NCBI GenBank assembly: GCA_964588165.1
Contig: CAZPMS010000001.1
Location: 27,303 to 91,302, forward strand
From: an uncultured Gammaproteobacteria bacterium
GTDB taxonomy: Bacteria > Patescibacteriota > Patescibacteriia > UBA1558 > UBA10009
Reading direction: 5' to 3'
DNA length: 64,000 bases
The notes beneath the pieces were generated by a model. The model did no database searches, was not told where the DNA came from, and saw only the letters and a list, made by a program, of their open reading frames with translations. Positions 40,608 through 48,892 of this stretch are shown one piece after another (within the stretch, counting starts at the first letter, position 1; each line of letters opens with the position of its first letter). Made by a program: the position numbers and the translations under genes.

Positions 40608-41773
40608 ATTTTTTGATTGATGAAATCCATAATTTTTATTGCCCGTTTTTCCCAAGTATAATTTTTTACTTTACTAAAAGCGTTTTGGGCTAGTTGATTT
40701 TGCCTATTGCTATCTGATACTAATCTGGATATCTGATTAGTTAAATCTTGATAATCGTCTGTTTTAAAAAATTCAATTTCTTCTTGATTAAAAACTTCTT
40801 TAATGCTACTTACATCTGGAGCAATTATTGGCCGCTGGCTGGCCGCATAATCAAACAGCTTCATTGGGCTTAAAGAATATTGGCTTAAAACTTCACTGCT
40901 ATACGGTAAAACAAAAATGTCTGCTGCTGAATAATACTCCTTAACTTTTGAAAATTTAATATGAGGTAAAACCAAAGCATCTTTATCTAAACTATTTTTG
41001 GCCAGCACAAAATTAATTCGTTTAATATCCTCCTCCTTAATTCCTGCAATCATTAAAAACAAATTTGAATTTAAATCATGGGCTTGTTTAAAGGCTACAA
41101 TGAAATCGGTTAAGCTTTTTTCTTGATTAAATATTTTACTCTTGCCCACGTATGAAACTATGACTTTATCAAAGGGCAAGTTATGCTTTTTTTTCATTTC
41201 TTCCTGATTAGGCAAATTGGCAAAATCAGTTATAGAAACGGCACTGGGTGCCACCCTGATCTTTTCTTCTTTAAGATTGAACTTTTTAATGAAATCTTCT
41301 TTTGATTGGCTATTGATTGTAATAATGCCTTTTACTTTTTTTATTGTTTGGCTCCAAGATTTATCAGCCAGCTGATGAAGTTCTACAAAAACATTTTTAT
41401 GAAATTTTGAAACAACTTTGGCAATTAATTTGCTTCTGGTATAAATGATTTTATCTTGATTTAAAATGGTTAAAAAAATCAATTCCAATAAATAAATCGG
41501 CATTCTAATTAAGTAAGCCAGCTTGCCTAAGCCGATTTGATGGAAAAACTGGATATCAAAACAAAATAGTTTTTTTATTTTAAACTTCTCCCCTATCTGA
41601 TAATAACTGAATGGATCTCCATTGATTTGACTTTCCTTGCCGGCATACCTTATTGGTAAAACCAAAGTGAGCTTAACCCCTGCTTTGGTTAAGCCTTCGG
41701 CCATTTTTATAATGGCTAATCCATGGGCTTTTTCTGTGGGAATCCGGGCATCAGCCAGATATAATATTTTCAT
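40604..41773 (-). CDS. GT4 glycosyltransferase
   Basis: SPMKLFDYAAS, YTWEKRA; start MKILY at 41773. Confidence 0.85.
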   Translation of the reverse strand: MKILYLADARIPTEKAHGLAIIKMAEGLTKAGVKLTLVLPIRYAGKESQINGDPFSYYQIGEKFKIKKLFCFDIQFFHQIGLGKLAYLIRMPIYLLELIFLTILNQDKIIYTRSKLIAKVVSKFHKNVFVELHQLADKSWSQTIKKVKGIITINSQSKEDFIKKFNLKEEKIRVAPSAVSITDFANLPNQEEMKKKHNLPFDKVIVSYVGKSKIFNQEKSLTDFIVAFKQAHDLNSNLFLMIAGIKEEDIKRINFVLAKNSLDKDALVLPHIKFSKVKEYYSAADIFVLPYSSEVLSQYSLSPMKLFDYAASQRPIIAPDVSSIKEVFNQEEIEFFKTDDYQDLTNQISRLVSDSNRQNQLAQNAFSKVKNYTWEKRAIKIMDFINQKI

Positions 41774-41819
41774 AAATTTCTCGCAAATTATACAATTTTT
41801 GTTATTTTTTAGCAATATC

Positions 41820-41891
41820 TTGACAAAATTCCAAATTTATTATAAAGTTTGTTATTAAATTGAACCTTAAAACAAAACTATAAAAGAGGTG
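41820..41891 (+). promoter_or_regulatory. sigma70 promoter + boxA-like motif + SD
   Basis: TTGACA-17nt-TAAAGT; TGAACCTTAAAAC at 41861; GAGGTG at 41886. Confidence 0.65.
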
Positions 41892-41896
41892 AACAC

Positions 41897-42874
41897 ATGG
41901 ATCCATTTATCCTAATGGCTATTGTGGGAGCGTTTTTGGTCGGTTGCAATGAAACCATCAACAAACGCCTGGCCATGGAAATCCCGAACAAATTCCTGCA
42001 TATTGCCGGAATCAACTTTTTCTCAGCCATTTGGACACTGCTGATGATTTGTATTTTCAGCCTGCAAACCAAAGTGTCTCTCTTTGAACTTGAATGGAAA
42101 TTTTCATCCTGGTTCTGGATAGCCTTTCTTTTGGTGGCAGCCCTGAATATTGTAATCCGTTTCTGCGATTTTAAATCGTACGAAAAAGGCCAACTTTCAC
42201 AGGTGATTCAGATTAAAGGTACCACAATTGTTTTACTGATGTTTGTGGGCTGGCTGATTTTGGGTGAAACCTATAACTTTTGGGGAGTAGTTGGTTTACT
42301 GCTGATTTTCTTCGGCACATGGGTATTAGGGATTGAGCGGGATAATCCTTTCAGTCTTAAAGGACCCATAGTAAATCTTATGAAAAACACCAGTATCCGC
42401 TATGCTTTAGTTGCCGCCGTTGTTGCCAGCATCACTCTCACCCTGGAAAAACTGGGTGTGATAAATGTCTCTCCGGCCGGCCAAGGCGCTACCATGAAAA
42501 TCCTGCTCCTGGAGCTTTCCTTTGCTGCCCTGTGCGGTACATTTGTCTTCAAGCTCTTCCTAGGAATAATAGCACTGGGCATTGCTATCCCATGGCAAAA
42601 AAGAATTAGCAGATTCGAGCCTCAAATGGAGCTTGGTAAAATATTGTGGTCCATAATTGTTGCTGGCTTCTTTTCTGCCTCGCATCAATGGTTTTTGTTC
42701 AGCGCCTATATTGGCTCACAAGCAGCTTATGTTGGCGGAGTTAAACGGGTATCTATTCTGTTTGCAGTTATCTTGGCTTTCATCTTCTTTGGTGAAAAAC
42801 AGCGTGTCCAGAAATTGATTTCCGCCAGTATTATTGTTGCCGGTGTACTGATTATTTCATTTTTGGGAAGTTAA
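41897..42874 (+). CDS. EamA/DMT-family transporter
   Basis: About 10 TM, two repeats ending ILGE / FFGEK, YVGGVKR. Confidence 0.8.
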   Translation: MDPFILMAIVGAFLVGCNETINKRLAMEIPNKFLHIAGINFFSAIWTLLMICIFSLQTKVSLFELEWKFSSWFWIAFLLVAALNIVIRFCDFKSYEKGQLSQVIQIKGTTIVLLMFVGWLILGETYNFWGVVGLLLIFFGTWVLGIERDNPFSLKGPIVNLMKNTSIRYALVAAVVASITLTLEKLGVINVSPAGQGATMKILLLELSFAALCGTFVFKLFLGIIALGIAIPWQKRISRFEPQMELGKILWSIIVAGFFSASHQWFLFSAYIGSQAAYVGGVKRVSILFAVILAFIFFGEKQRVQKLISASIIVAGVLIISFLGS

Positions 42875-42888
42875 TCATCAAGCTTCCT

Positions 42889-42918
42889 AACCGTTCTCTA
42901 CTTTGAGGGCGGTTTTTT
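42889..42918 (+). terminator. Intrinsic terminator
   Basis: AACCGTTCTC-tacttt-GAGGGCGGTT-TTTT. Confidence 0.75.
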
Positions 42919-42945
42919 CTTACCCTGCCCTGCCGATGAGGCGGG

Positions 42946-42975
42946 TTGACTTTTTCATAGAAATCTATCTATAAT
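42946..42975 (+). promoter_or_regulatory. sigma70 promoter
   Basis: TTGACT-18nt-TATAAT. Confidence 0.6.
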
Positions 42976-43026
42976 TAACTTAAAGGAGTGGCACTGTTCA
43001 TATTAATAGCTAAAACGGAGAGAAAC

Positions 43027-43383
43027 ATGCATGCTGAACTTAGAACCCCAGGAGCTATCAGGATAGATATTCAATTTGAGAAAGACAAACTGGATGAAAT
43101 TTCGGATGATCAGGCTCATTCTGTTCCTTGTGCCACTGACGCAGGCAGAGGTGATGCAACACAAAAGATAATTGCCATGCATGAAAGGGAACTGCGTGCA
43201 TCAGAGGAAATAGAAGATCTTGATAATAAACTTAAGCTTCTCAAAAAAGAACTGCCAGAAAACAACACTAGCTCTGGCTATTATATTTCTCCTGCTAAAG
43301 ACATTCGCCGCCTTAGATGGAGAATTTGGTGGTTGGGAAGAAAGTTGGCAAGAAAAATAAAAAGAGCAAAACGAGAATTTTAA
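43027..43383 (+). CDS. Hypothetical protein (ORFan-like)
   Basis: GGAG SD before ATG 43027; own promoter and terminator. Confidence 0.6.
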   Translation: MHAELRTPGAIRIDIQFEKDKLDEISDDQAHSVPCATDAGRGDATQKIIAMHERELRASEEIEDLDNKLKLLKKELPENNTSSGYYISPAKDIRRLRWRIWWLGRKLARKIKRAKREF

Positions 43384-43392
43384 GCAACACGT

Positions 43393-43436
43393 AATCCTGG
43401 ATTAGCTTACAACTTTAGTTAATTCAGGATTTTTTT
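43393..43436 (+). terminator. Intrinsic terminator
   Basis: AATCCTGGATTAGCT...AGTTAATTCAGGATT-TTTTT. Confidence 0.7.
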
Positions 43437-43457
43437 AATTTTATTAAAATATTATGC

Positions 43458-43486
43458 TTGACATTCTAATTATATATAATTATACT
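43458..43486 (+). promoter_or_regulatory. Leaderless sigma70 promoter with overlapping palindromic operator candidate
   Basis: TTGACA-17nt-TATACT, ATG 7 nt downstream; TAATTATATATAATTA at 43467-43482. Confidence 0.65.
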
Positions 43487-43493
43487 TAATTAT

Positions 43494-43709
43494 ATGAAAA
43501 ATTCTAACAAATACACCACTGTATCCATTCCTACTCCTTTAAACGCTAAGGTCCAGGAATTGATAAAAGATACCGGTTTTAGTTCCACTTCCGGTTTTGT
43601 ATCTTATATTTTAAGGCAGCTTGTTTCTGACGCCGGAACTAAAGGCTTTTCCAAAAAGGATGAGCAAAAGGTAAAAGAAAGGTTAAGAAGTTTGGGATAT
43701 TTAAAGTAA
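43494..43709 (+). CDS. CopG/ribbon-helix-helix regulator with C-terminal LRSLGY tail
   Basis: YTTVSIP beta-strand + two helices; KERLRSLGYL. Confidence 0.8.
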   Translation: MKNSNKYTTVSIPTPLNAKVQELIKDTGFSSTSGFVSYILRQLVSDAGTKGFSKKDEQKVKERLRSLGYLK

Positions 43710-43725
43710 GCCAACCGTTAAGCAA

Positions 43726-43762
43726 AGGGTTTAGCCTTTGCGCTGTTCGGAGACTAAACCCT
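43726..43762. repeat. Intergenic hairpin
   Basis: AGGGTTTAGCCT-13nt-AGACTAAACCCT. Confidence 0.6.
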
Positions 43763-43778
43763 CCTCTAAACATTTTTT

Positions 43779-44582
43779 ATGTCACATCTAGACCAGTTGG
43801 AAAATAAAAGTATCTACATTATCAGAGAGGCTTGGTTTCAATATAAAAACCTGGCTCTTTTGTGGTCTGTTGGCAAAGATTCCACCACCCTTTTGTGGCT
43901 GGTAAGAAAAGCTTTCTTAGGCAAAATTCCCTTTAAAGTCATTCATATTGATACCACTTATAAATTCCCAGAAATGTATGCCTTTAGGGATAAGTATGCC
44001 CGGGAATGGAATTTAGATTTGCTGGTTGAAAAAAACCAAACTGCTATTGCCAGCGGTATTGGCTATAAAACTCACGATGCTTTTACTTGTTGCCATGAAT
44101 TAAAAACTGTAGCCCTGCAGCAAGCCATTATTAAACATGATTTAAAAGCTTTACTGGTTGGCATCAGGCGGGATGAGCACGGCATTAGGGCCAAAGAAAG
44201 ATATTTTTCTCCCCGGACCATTGATTTTAAATGGAACGCTAAAGATCAACCACCCGAGTTATGGGATCAATACAAATCTAAAGTTGGTAAAGAAACCCAC
44301 ATTAGGGTCCATCCCCTTTTGCATTGGACAGAAGAAGATATCTGGAACTATATTAAGCGTGAAAATATTCCTACCAATGAACTTTATTTTGCTAAAGACG
44401 GTAAACGTTACAGAAGCTTAGGTTGTATGCCAATAACTAAACCAATCAAATCAACTGCTGATACTGTAGATAAAATTATTGAAGAATTAAAAACCTCTCA
44501 AGATGATGAAAGGGCTGGCCGTGCTCAGGATAAGGAAGAAGCAAATACTATGGAAAAATTAAGAGCGCTTGGATATATGTAG
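43779..44582 (+). CDS. cysD: Sulfate adenylyltransferase subunit 2
   Basis: SVGKDS, HIDT, RRDE..RAKERYFS, RVHPLLHWTE, YRSLGC. Confidence 0.93.
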   Translation: MSHLDQLENKSIYIIREAWFQYKNLALLWSVGKDSTTLLWLVRKAFLGKIPFKVIHIDTTYKFPEMYAFRDKYAREWNLDLLVEKNQTAIASGIGYKTHDAFTCCHELKTVALQQAIIKHDLKALLVGIRRDEHGIRAKERYFSPRTIDFKWNAKDQPPELWDQYKSKVGKETHIRVHPLLHWTEEDIWNYIKRENIPTNELYFAKDGKRYRSLGCMPITKPIKSTADTVDKIIEELKTSQDDERAGRAQDKEEANTMEKLRALGYM

Positions 44583-44584
44583 CA

Positions 44585-44636
44585 CCCCACGACCCGCTCC
44601 CTACGGTCGCCTGCTCGCGGGGACCCCGCCTTTTTT
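44585..44636. repeat. GC-rich nested hairpin between cysD and cysN
   Basis: ccccacga-cccgctccctacggtcg-cctgc-tcgcgggg-accccgcc-tttttt. Confidence 0.55.
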
Positions 44637-44646
44637 GGAAAATTTT

Positions 44647-45867
44647 ATGGATAAAACTAACAATCAACTAAAATTTATAATCGTTGGTCATGTGGACCAC
44701 GGCAAGTCAACTTTAATTGGCCGGCTGTTATTAGATACTAACTCAATTTCTCAAGCTAAAATTGATGAAGTAACAGAAATTTGTGAAGCACTAGGCAAGC
44801 CTTTTAAACCTGCTTTTTTAATGGACCACTTAACTGAAGAACGTCAAAAAAACATAACCATTGATACAGCCCAAACCTTTTTCAAAACAGATAAACAGGA
44901 TTACGTGATAATTGATGCGCCAGGCCACAAAGAATTTTTAAAAAATATGATTACTGGTGCCACTTTGGCTGAAGCAGCCATTTTAATTGTTGATGCTGAT
45001 GAAGGAGTTAAAGAACAAACTAAACGTCACGCTTACATGTTAAGTTTGCTGGGAGTTGATCAATTGATTGTAGTGGTAAATAAAATGGATAAAATTGATT
45101 TCCAAGAAGATAAGTTTAATAAAGCTAAAGACAACCTACAAAATCATTTAAAAAAAGTGAACTTATCAGCTAATTATTTAATCCCTATTTCAAGTAAACA
45201 AGGTGATAACATTGTCCATAAATCTGATAAATTCAATTGGTACAGCGGACCGACAGTTTTAGAAGCCCTGGATTCATTTAAAAATAAACTTGCTGAAAAT
45301 TTACCGCTTCGCTTGCCTGTTCAGGATAAATATGATGATATTTTGCTGGGCCAAATAGCCAGTGGTGTTTTAAATAAAAATGACGAGGTTATTATATTTC
45401 CTTCAGAACAAAAAACTTCAATTAAAGAAATTAAAAAATGGCAACAGACTTTGGATAAAGCTGAAGCAGGAGATAATATTGGAATTACTTTAACTGATAA
45501 AATTGATGTCAAACGAGGTGATATTATCTGCGATACTGACAATCTTCCTAAAGTCACTAATGAATTCAAAGCTACTATTTTCTGGATGAGCAAAGATTCA
45601 TTAAAAACTGATGAAGCTTTTAGCTTAAAACTGGCTACTCAAGAAACTTCAGTCCAAATTAAAAAAATCCATAAGCTTATGGATTCTTCTACTTTAGAAC
45701 AAATTGACCGAACAAGTGAGATCAAAGAAACTGAAGTTGCGGAAGTGGATATTAAAACTGATAAAAAAATTGTTATTGAAGATTTTAATTATATTCCTGA
45801 ATTAGGACGATTGGTAATTGTAAAAAATGAAGATATTTCCGGCGGCGGGATTATCAATCTAAACTAA
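44647..45867 (+). CDS. cysN: Sulfate adenylyltransferase subunit 1 (EF-Tu-like GTPase), no fused APS kinase
   Basis: GHVDHGKST, ITID, DAPGH, NKMD; ATG at 44647. Confidence 0.9.
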   Translation: MDKTNNQLKFIIVGHVDHGKSTLIGRLLLDTNSISQAKIDEVTEICEALGKPFKPAFLMDHLTEERQKNITIDTAQTFFKTDKQDYVIIDAPGHKEFLKNMITGATLAEAAILIVDADEGVKEQTKRHAYMLSLLGVDQLIVVVNKMDKIDFQEDKFNKAKDNLQNHLKKVNLSANYLIPISSKQGDNIVHKSDKFNWYSGPTVLEALDSFKNKLAENLPLRLPVQDKYDDILLGQIASGVLNKNDEVIIFPSEQKTSIKEIKKWQQTLDKAEAGDNIGITLTDKIDVKRGDIICDTDNLPKVTNEFKATIFWMSKDSLKTDEAFSLKLATQETSVQIKKIHKLMDSSTLEQIDRTSEIKETEVAEVDIKTDKKIVIEDFNYIPELGRLVIVKNEDISGGGIINLN

Positions 45868-45926
45868 AAAAGTGGCTAGATTCTATCGTCGAGCTTAGCT
45901 CAACTCCAGAATGACAGCCACTTTTT
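45866..45926. terminator. Bidirectional terminator whose loop is a GATTC..CAGAATGACA repeat half
   Basis: AAAAAGTGGCT...AGCCACTTTTT between convergent genes. Confidence 0.7.
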
Positions 45927-45934
45927 ATATAATC

Positions 45935-46201
45935 TTATTTCACTAATTGCTTCTCCAGTTTTATAATCCTACGGTCATGTTCCCATAAATTGAGCTTAAT
46001 TTCCTTCTTATCTTTTTCGTAGAAATTCATGGTTTCTAAAATTGCGTCTAAAACTTTATCTATCTTTTTAAATCCTTTATTCATCTCGATTCTTAAATTA
46101 TCAGAGTCTGATTTTATTGCACTGAAATAACCTTCAAAGTAATTTTCCATTACTCCTACAGTAACGGTTGCATTTTTGTTATTTTTTGCTTTTCTGGGCA
46201 T
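45935..46201 (-). CDS. Hypothetical coiled-coil protein
   Basis: 88-aa ORF with heptad pattern. Confidence 0.6.
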   Translation of the reverse strand: MPRKAKNNKNATVTVGVMENYFEGYFSAIKSDSDNLRIEMNKGFKKIDKVLDAILETMNFYEKDKKEIKLNLWEHDRRIIKLEKQLVK

Positions 46202-46275
46202 AATCTTTTGATTAATTATTATCAGACCCTGTGGAAATATATTCTAACTTTTTCAAATTGCTAAGTCAATGTGGA

Positions 46276-46989
46276 TTAATCACTGAATTGCTTAAGCCAG
46301 TCGTAACAACCTTTAAACCACAGTTGGAAGATAAAATCAGGCAGATCCGGATCTAATGAATCCCGATGCATTAGTAAAGCATCAGTTTTTTTCTTGCCCG
46401 CCGAATCGGAGGGATTGTTAAAGTTTGGTAAAATGGTAAATCCGTACATAAACCCGGCTTTTTTAACTTCTGCTATAACATTTATATTAAAACTGTTTTT
46501 ATCTCCATAAGGGTAGGCAAAAAATTCAGATTTTTGCGATTGCCAAACTTCTTGTTCCAATTCTTCCGGTTTAATCTCTGTTAAACGTTTGTGGCTTAAA
46601 GAATGCCCGCCTAGGCTATGCCCGGCTGCTTCTAGCTCCCCTGCTCTGATATAAAAAGCTTGGTTAATAAAAAATATTGCCTTAACCTGTTCCTTTCTTA
46701 AAACGGGTAACACATTGGCAAACCAGCTTTCATCACCATCATCAAAAGTAACTAAAATATTTAACTTCTTTTTAGAAAAATCATTTTCCAAAAACTGCTG
46801 GGGAGTGATAATATTGTATTTATTTTTTAAATAACTTAATTTTGTTTTGAATTGTTCAACCTGATCATTAGGCACTTTATGAAGCGTCCAAACCCGCAAC
46901 AAAGGCTTGCGCAAAAACTGCCTTCTTAAAAAAGGAATACCGGTTAAGTAAAAAATGATTATGAATATGTTTCTGATTGATTTTTTCAT
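46276..46989 (-). CDS. Polysaccharide deacetylase (CE4/NodB)
   Basis: TFDDG, HSLSH, FAYPYG; start MKKSIR at 46989. Confidence 0.85.
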   Translation of the reverse strand: MKKSIRNIFIIIFYLTGIPFLRRQFLRKPLLRVWTLHKVPNDQVEQFKTKLSYLKNKYNIITPQQFLENDFSKKKLNILVTFDDGDESWFANVLPVLRKEQVKAIFFINQAFYIRAGELEAAGHSLGGHSLSHKRLTEIKPEELEQEVWQSQKSEFFAYPYGDKNSFNINVIAEVKKAGFMYGFTILPNFNNPSDSAGKKKTDALLMHRDSLDPDLPDFIFQLWFKGCYDWLKQFSD

Positions 46990-46992
46990 ATA

Positions 46993-47056
46993 TTGACAAT
47001 ACTCTAAATTATTTATAAAATCAATTATTGAAATGTACCTTTTAAACAAAGGAGGT
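46993..47056 (+). promoter_or_regulatory. sigma70 promoter + boxA-like motif + strong SD
   Basis: TTGACA-17nt-TAAAAT; TGTACCTTTTAAAC at 47034; AAAGGAGGT at 47048. Confidence 0.75.
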
Positions 47057-47060
47057 AAGC

Positions 47061-47267
47061 ATGATACGCTGTCAAACATGCGGTTTTGTTTTTCCTTCTT
47101 TATCTCCAGATAAAAAAGGAATAATTACTGTTGAAAAGCATAATGATTCTACAAGCCCTGAAGCTGTTTGTCCTGGCGGGACCTGGAAACCAAATAGTAA
47201 TGGCCGAAAGGGAGAGAAAAATAAACTCCGTTGGCAACCGGCAAAAAAACTAAAAGCTGCCAGCTAA
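47061..47267 (+). CDS. Small CxxC..H..C (Zn-finger-like) protein
   Basis: MIRCQTCG...KH...CPGG; strong SD; followed by terminator. Confidence 0.65.
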   Translation: MIRCQTCGFVFPSLSPDKKGIITVEKHNDSTSPEAVCPGGTWKPNSNGRKGEKNKLRWQPAKKLKAAS

Positions 47268-47294
47268 AACGTTCTTGCAAAAAGGACGTTTTTT
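47266..47294 (+). terminator. Intrinsic terminator
   Basis: AAAACGTTCTT-gcaaa-AAGGACGTTTT-TT. Confidence 0.65.
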
Positions 47295-47377
47295 ATATAC
47301 TCTTGACAATATCATGCTAAATGGTTACAAAGAAAGTAGTTGAACCTTTGCTAGAATCTCAACTGGAGGATAGGAAG

Positions 47378-47593
47378 ATGGCACTAAATCAACAAAAGGC
47401 TCAAGAACTTCAAGAAGTTATCAAGATAGTGGGATACAGGATCGAGCAAGAATTTTTTGCTGTTAGCCAACTGCACAACTCAGTGCAAGCGCAAATCCGC
47501 AAGCATGTTACTCGGTTCGAAATCCTGACTGCCAACGGCCTTGCAGGTGTGTTGAAAATTCTGGAAACTAAACTGGCTGAACAACTTGCATAA
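47378..47593 (+). CDS. Small hypothetical protein
   Basis: TTGACA at 47303, TGAACCTTTG at 47341, GGAGG at 47365, ATG 47378. Confidence 0.6.
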   Translation: MALNQQKAQELQEVIKIVGYRIEQEFFAVSQLHNSVQAQIRKHVTRFEILTANGLAGVLKILETKLAEQLA

Positions 47594-47630
47594 ATTATCT
47601 TGCAAATTTCTACCAGAAACCTAATTTTCC

Positions 47631-47660
47631 TCCCGACAAACACAACTTTGTCGGGATTTT
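47631..47660 (+). terminator. Intrinsic terminator
   Basis: TCCCGACAAA-cacaac-TTTGTCGGGA-TTTT. Confidence 0.8.
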
Positions 47661-47666
47661 ATTTTA

Positions 47667-48224
47667 TTAATAATTTTTATCGGTTTCCCATTTAATAGGA
47701 TTATTTATAATATACTTTTGAATTTCTGATAATGATTTTTCATTTCTAATTATATGGTCGTAATATCTGGCTTGCCAAAAGAAATATTCAAAACCTTTTT
47801 TATTGCATTCCTTCTTAACCGCGCCTTTATAATGATTGATTATTGATGGCAATGAATTATTTATTAATGAACCAAATCTATTTTCATGAATTGTACGAAC
47901 GCGCCGCGCCTCCTCTGTACGAACGCGCCGTGGCGCGTTCCTACGGCGTGGCGCATTTTTATTATCAATTATTACAATTCCGTGAATATGATTTGGCATA
48001 ATTATGAATCTATCCAACCTAACATTCGGATATCTTTTAGAAATTCTTTTCCAATTTCTTTTGGCAATTTTACCTATTGCTGATAATCTCATTCTACCTT
48101 CTATAACCTCGCCAAAATAATGGCTCCCATCCTTTATACAAATTGTAATAAAATAATAGCCATCGCTGGAATAATCATATCCAGGCAGCCTAAATTGCTT
48201 TTTTATTTTAAATTGAAAAACCAC
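47667..48224 (-). mobile_element. Y1 HUH transposase of REP-associated (RAYT/TnpA-REP) type
   Basis: RLPGYDYS..YFITIC, MPNHIH (HUH), WQARYYDHIIR, YIINNP (catalytic Tyr); adjacent and internal REPs. Confidence 0.88.
47893..47957. repeat. REP cluster inside the RAYT gene (full copy 47917-47944)
   Basis: gtacgaacgcgccg..., gtacgaacgcgccgtggcgcgttcctac; encodes NAPRRRNAPRRVRTEEARRVRT. Confidence 0.88.
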
Positions 48225-48264
48225 TCAAATCACTTTCCTACCCTGATAGCTTTTTTAATTAATT

Positions 48265-48383
48265 GTACGAACGCGCCTTTATAATGATTTATTATTTGTA
48301 ATGATGAATTTTAATAATGGACGCATTTATTTATATCAATTGTACGAACGCGCCGCGGCACGTTCGTACGTTTATGGCGCGTT
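48265..48383. repeat. REP half (48265-48277) + degenerate RAYT fragment + full REP (48342-48369)
   Basis: gtacgaacgcgcc ... gtacgaacgcgccgcggcacgttcgtac ... tggcgcgtt. Confidence 0.82.
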
Positions 48384-48882
48384 ATTTTAAATAAAGCCAA
48401 GTTTCTAATTTTTTAGTAGTTTCCTCAACTGATAATCCTTCCGTTTCTATAACAATTCCTTCATCAAATTTATTTACTTTATTAAAAACAGCCTCCGCTG
48501 CATCTTTACCATATGAGTTTTCTCTTTGGCTATCTCTTTTTATACAAACGTCCAATGGAGCTTTAAGAGTAAAAATATATCGGTTACCGCCTAAATTTTC
48601 TTTAAAGTTTTCAATCTGCTGGCGGTGATAAAAACAACCGTCAATTATTATACTCTTGCCTTGCTCTAATAAACTTTTCATTTTAGGCAATACCAGTTCA
48701 TTGGCTTTAATATAATTTTCTATTGGAACGTAGCCATCTTCAGGGCCATGGTCTAAATCATTCTCGTGCATAATTTCATCAATAGAAAAATATTCAGCCG
48801 ATAATCTTTCAGCCAACTTTTTAGCAATGGTTGTTTTGCCAACCCCCAGCGCCCCTCTGATTATACAATAAACTGAATTCAT
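48382..48882 (-). CDS. P-loop small-molecule/nucleotide kinase-like protein
   Basis: GALGVGKTT, IIIDG, CIKRDSQR lid. Confidence 0.75.
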   Translation of the reverse strand: MNSVYCIIRGALGVGKTTIAKKLAERLSAEYFSIDEIMHENDLDHGPEDGYVPIENYIKANELVLPKMKSLLEQGKSIIIDGCFYHRQQIENFKENLGGNRYIFTLKAPLDVCIKRDSQRENSYGKDAAEAVFNKVNKFDEGIVIETEGLSVEETTKKLETWLYLK

Positions 48883-48892
48883 ATTATTTTAA

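Noticed and set aside
44647-45867. Elongation factor Tu/EF-1A or SelB
   Set aside because: Adjacent to cysD and has the CysN-type ITID switch region; best explained as CysN.
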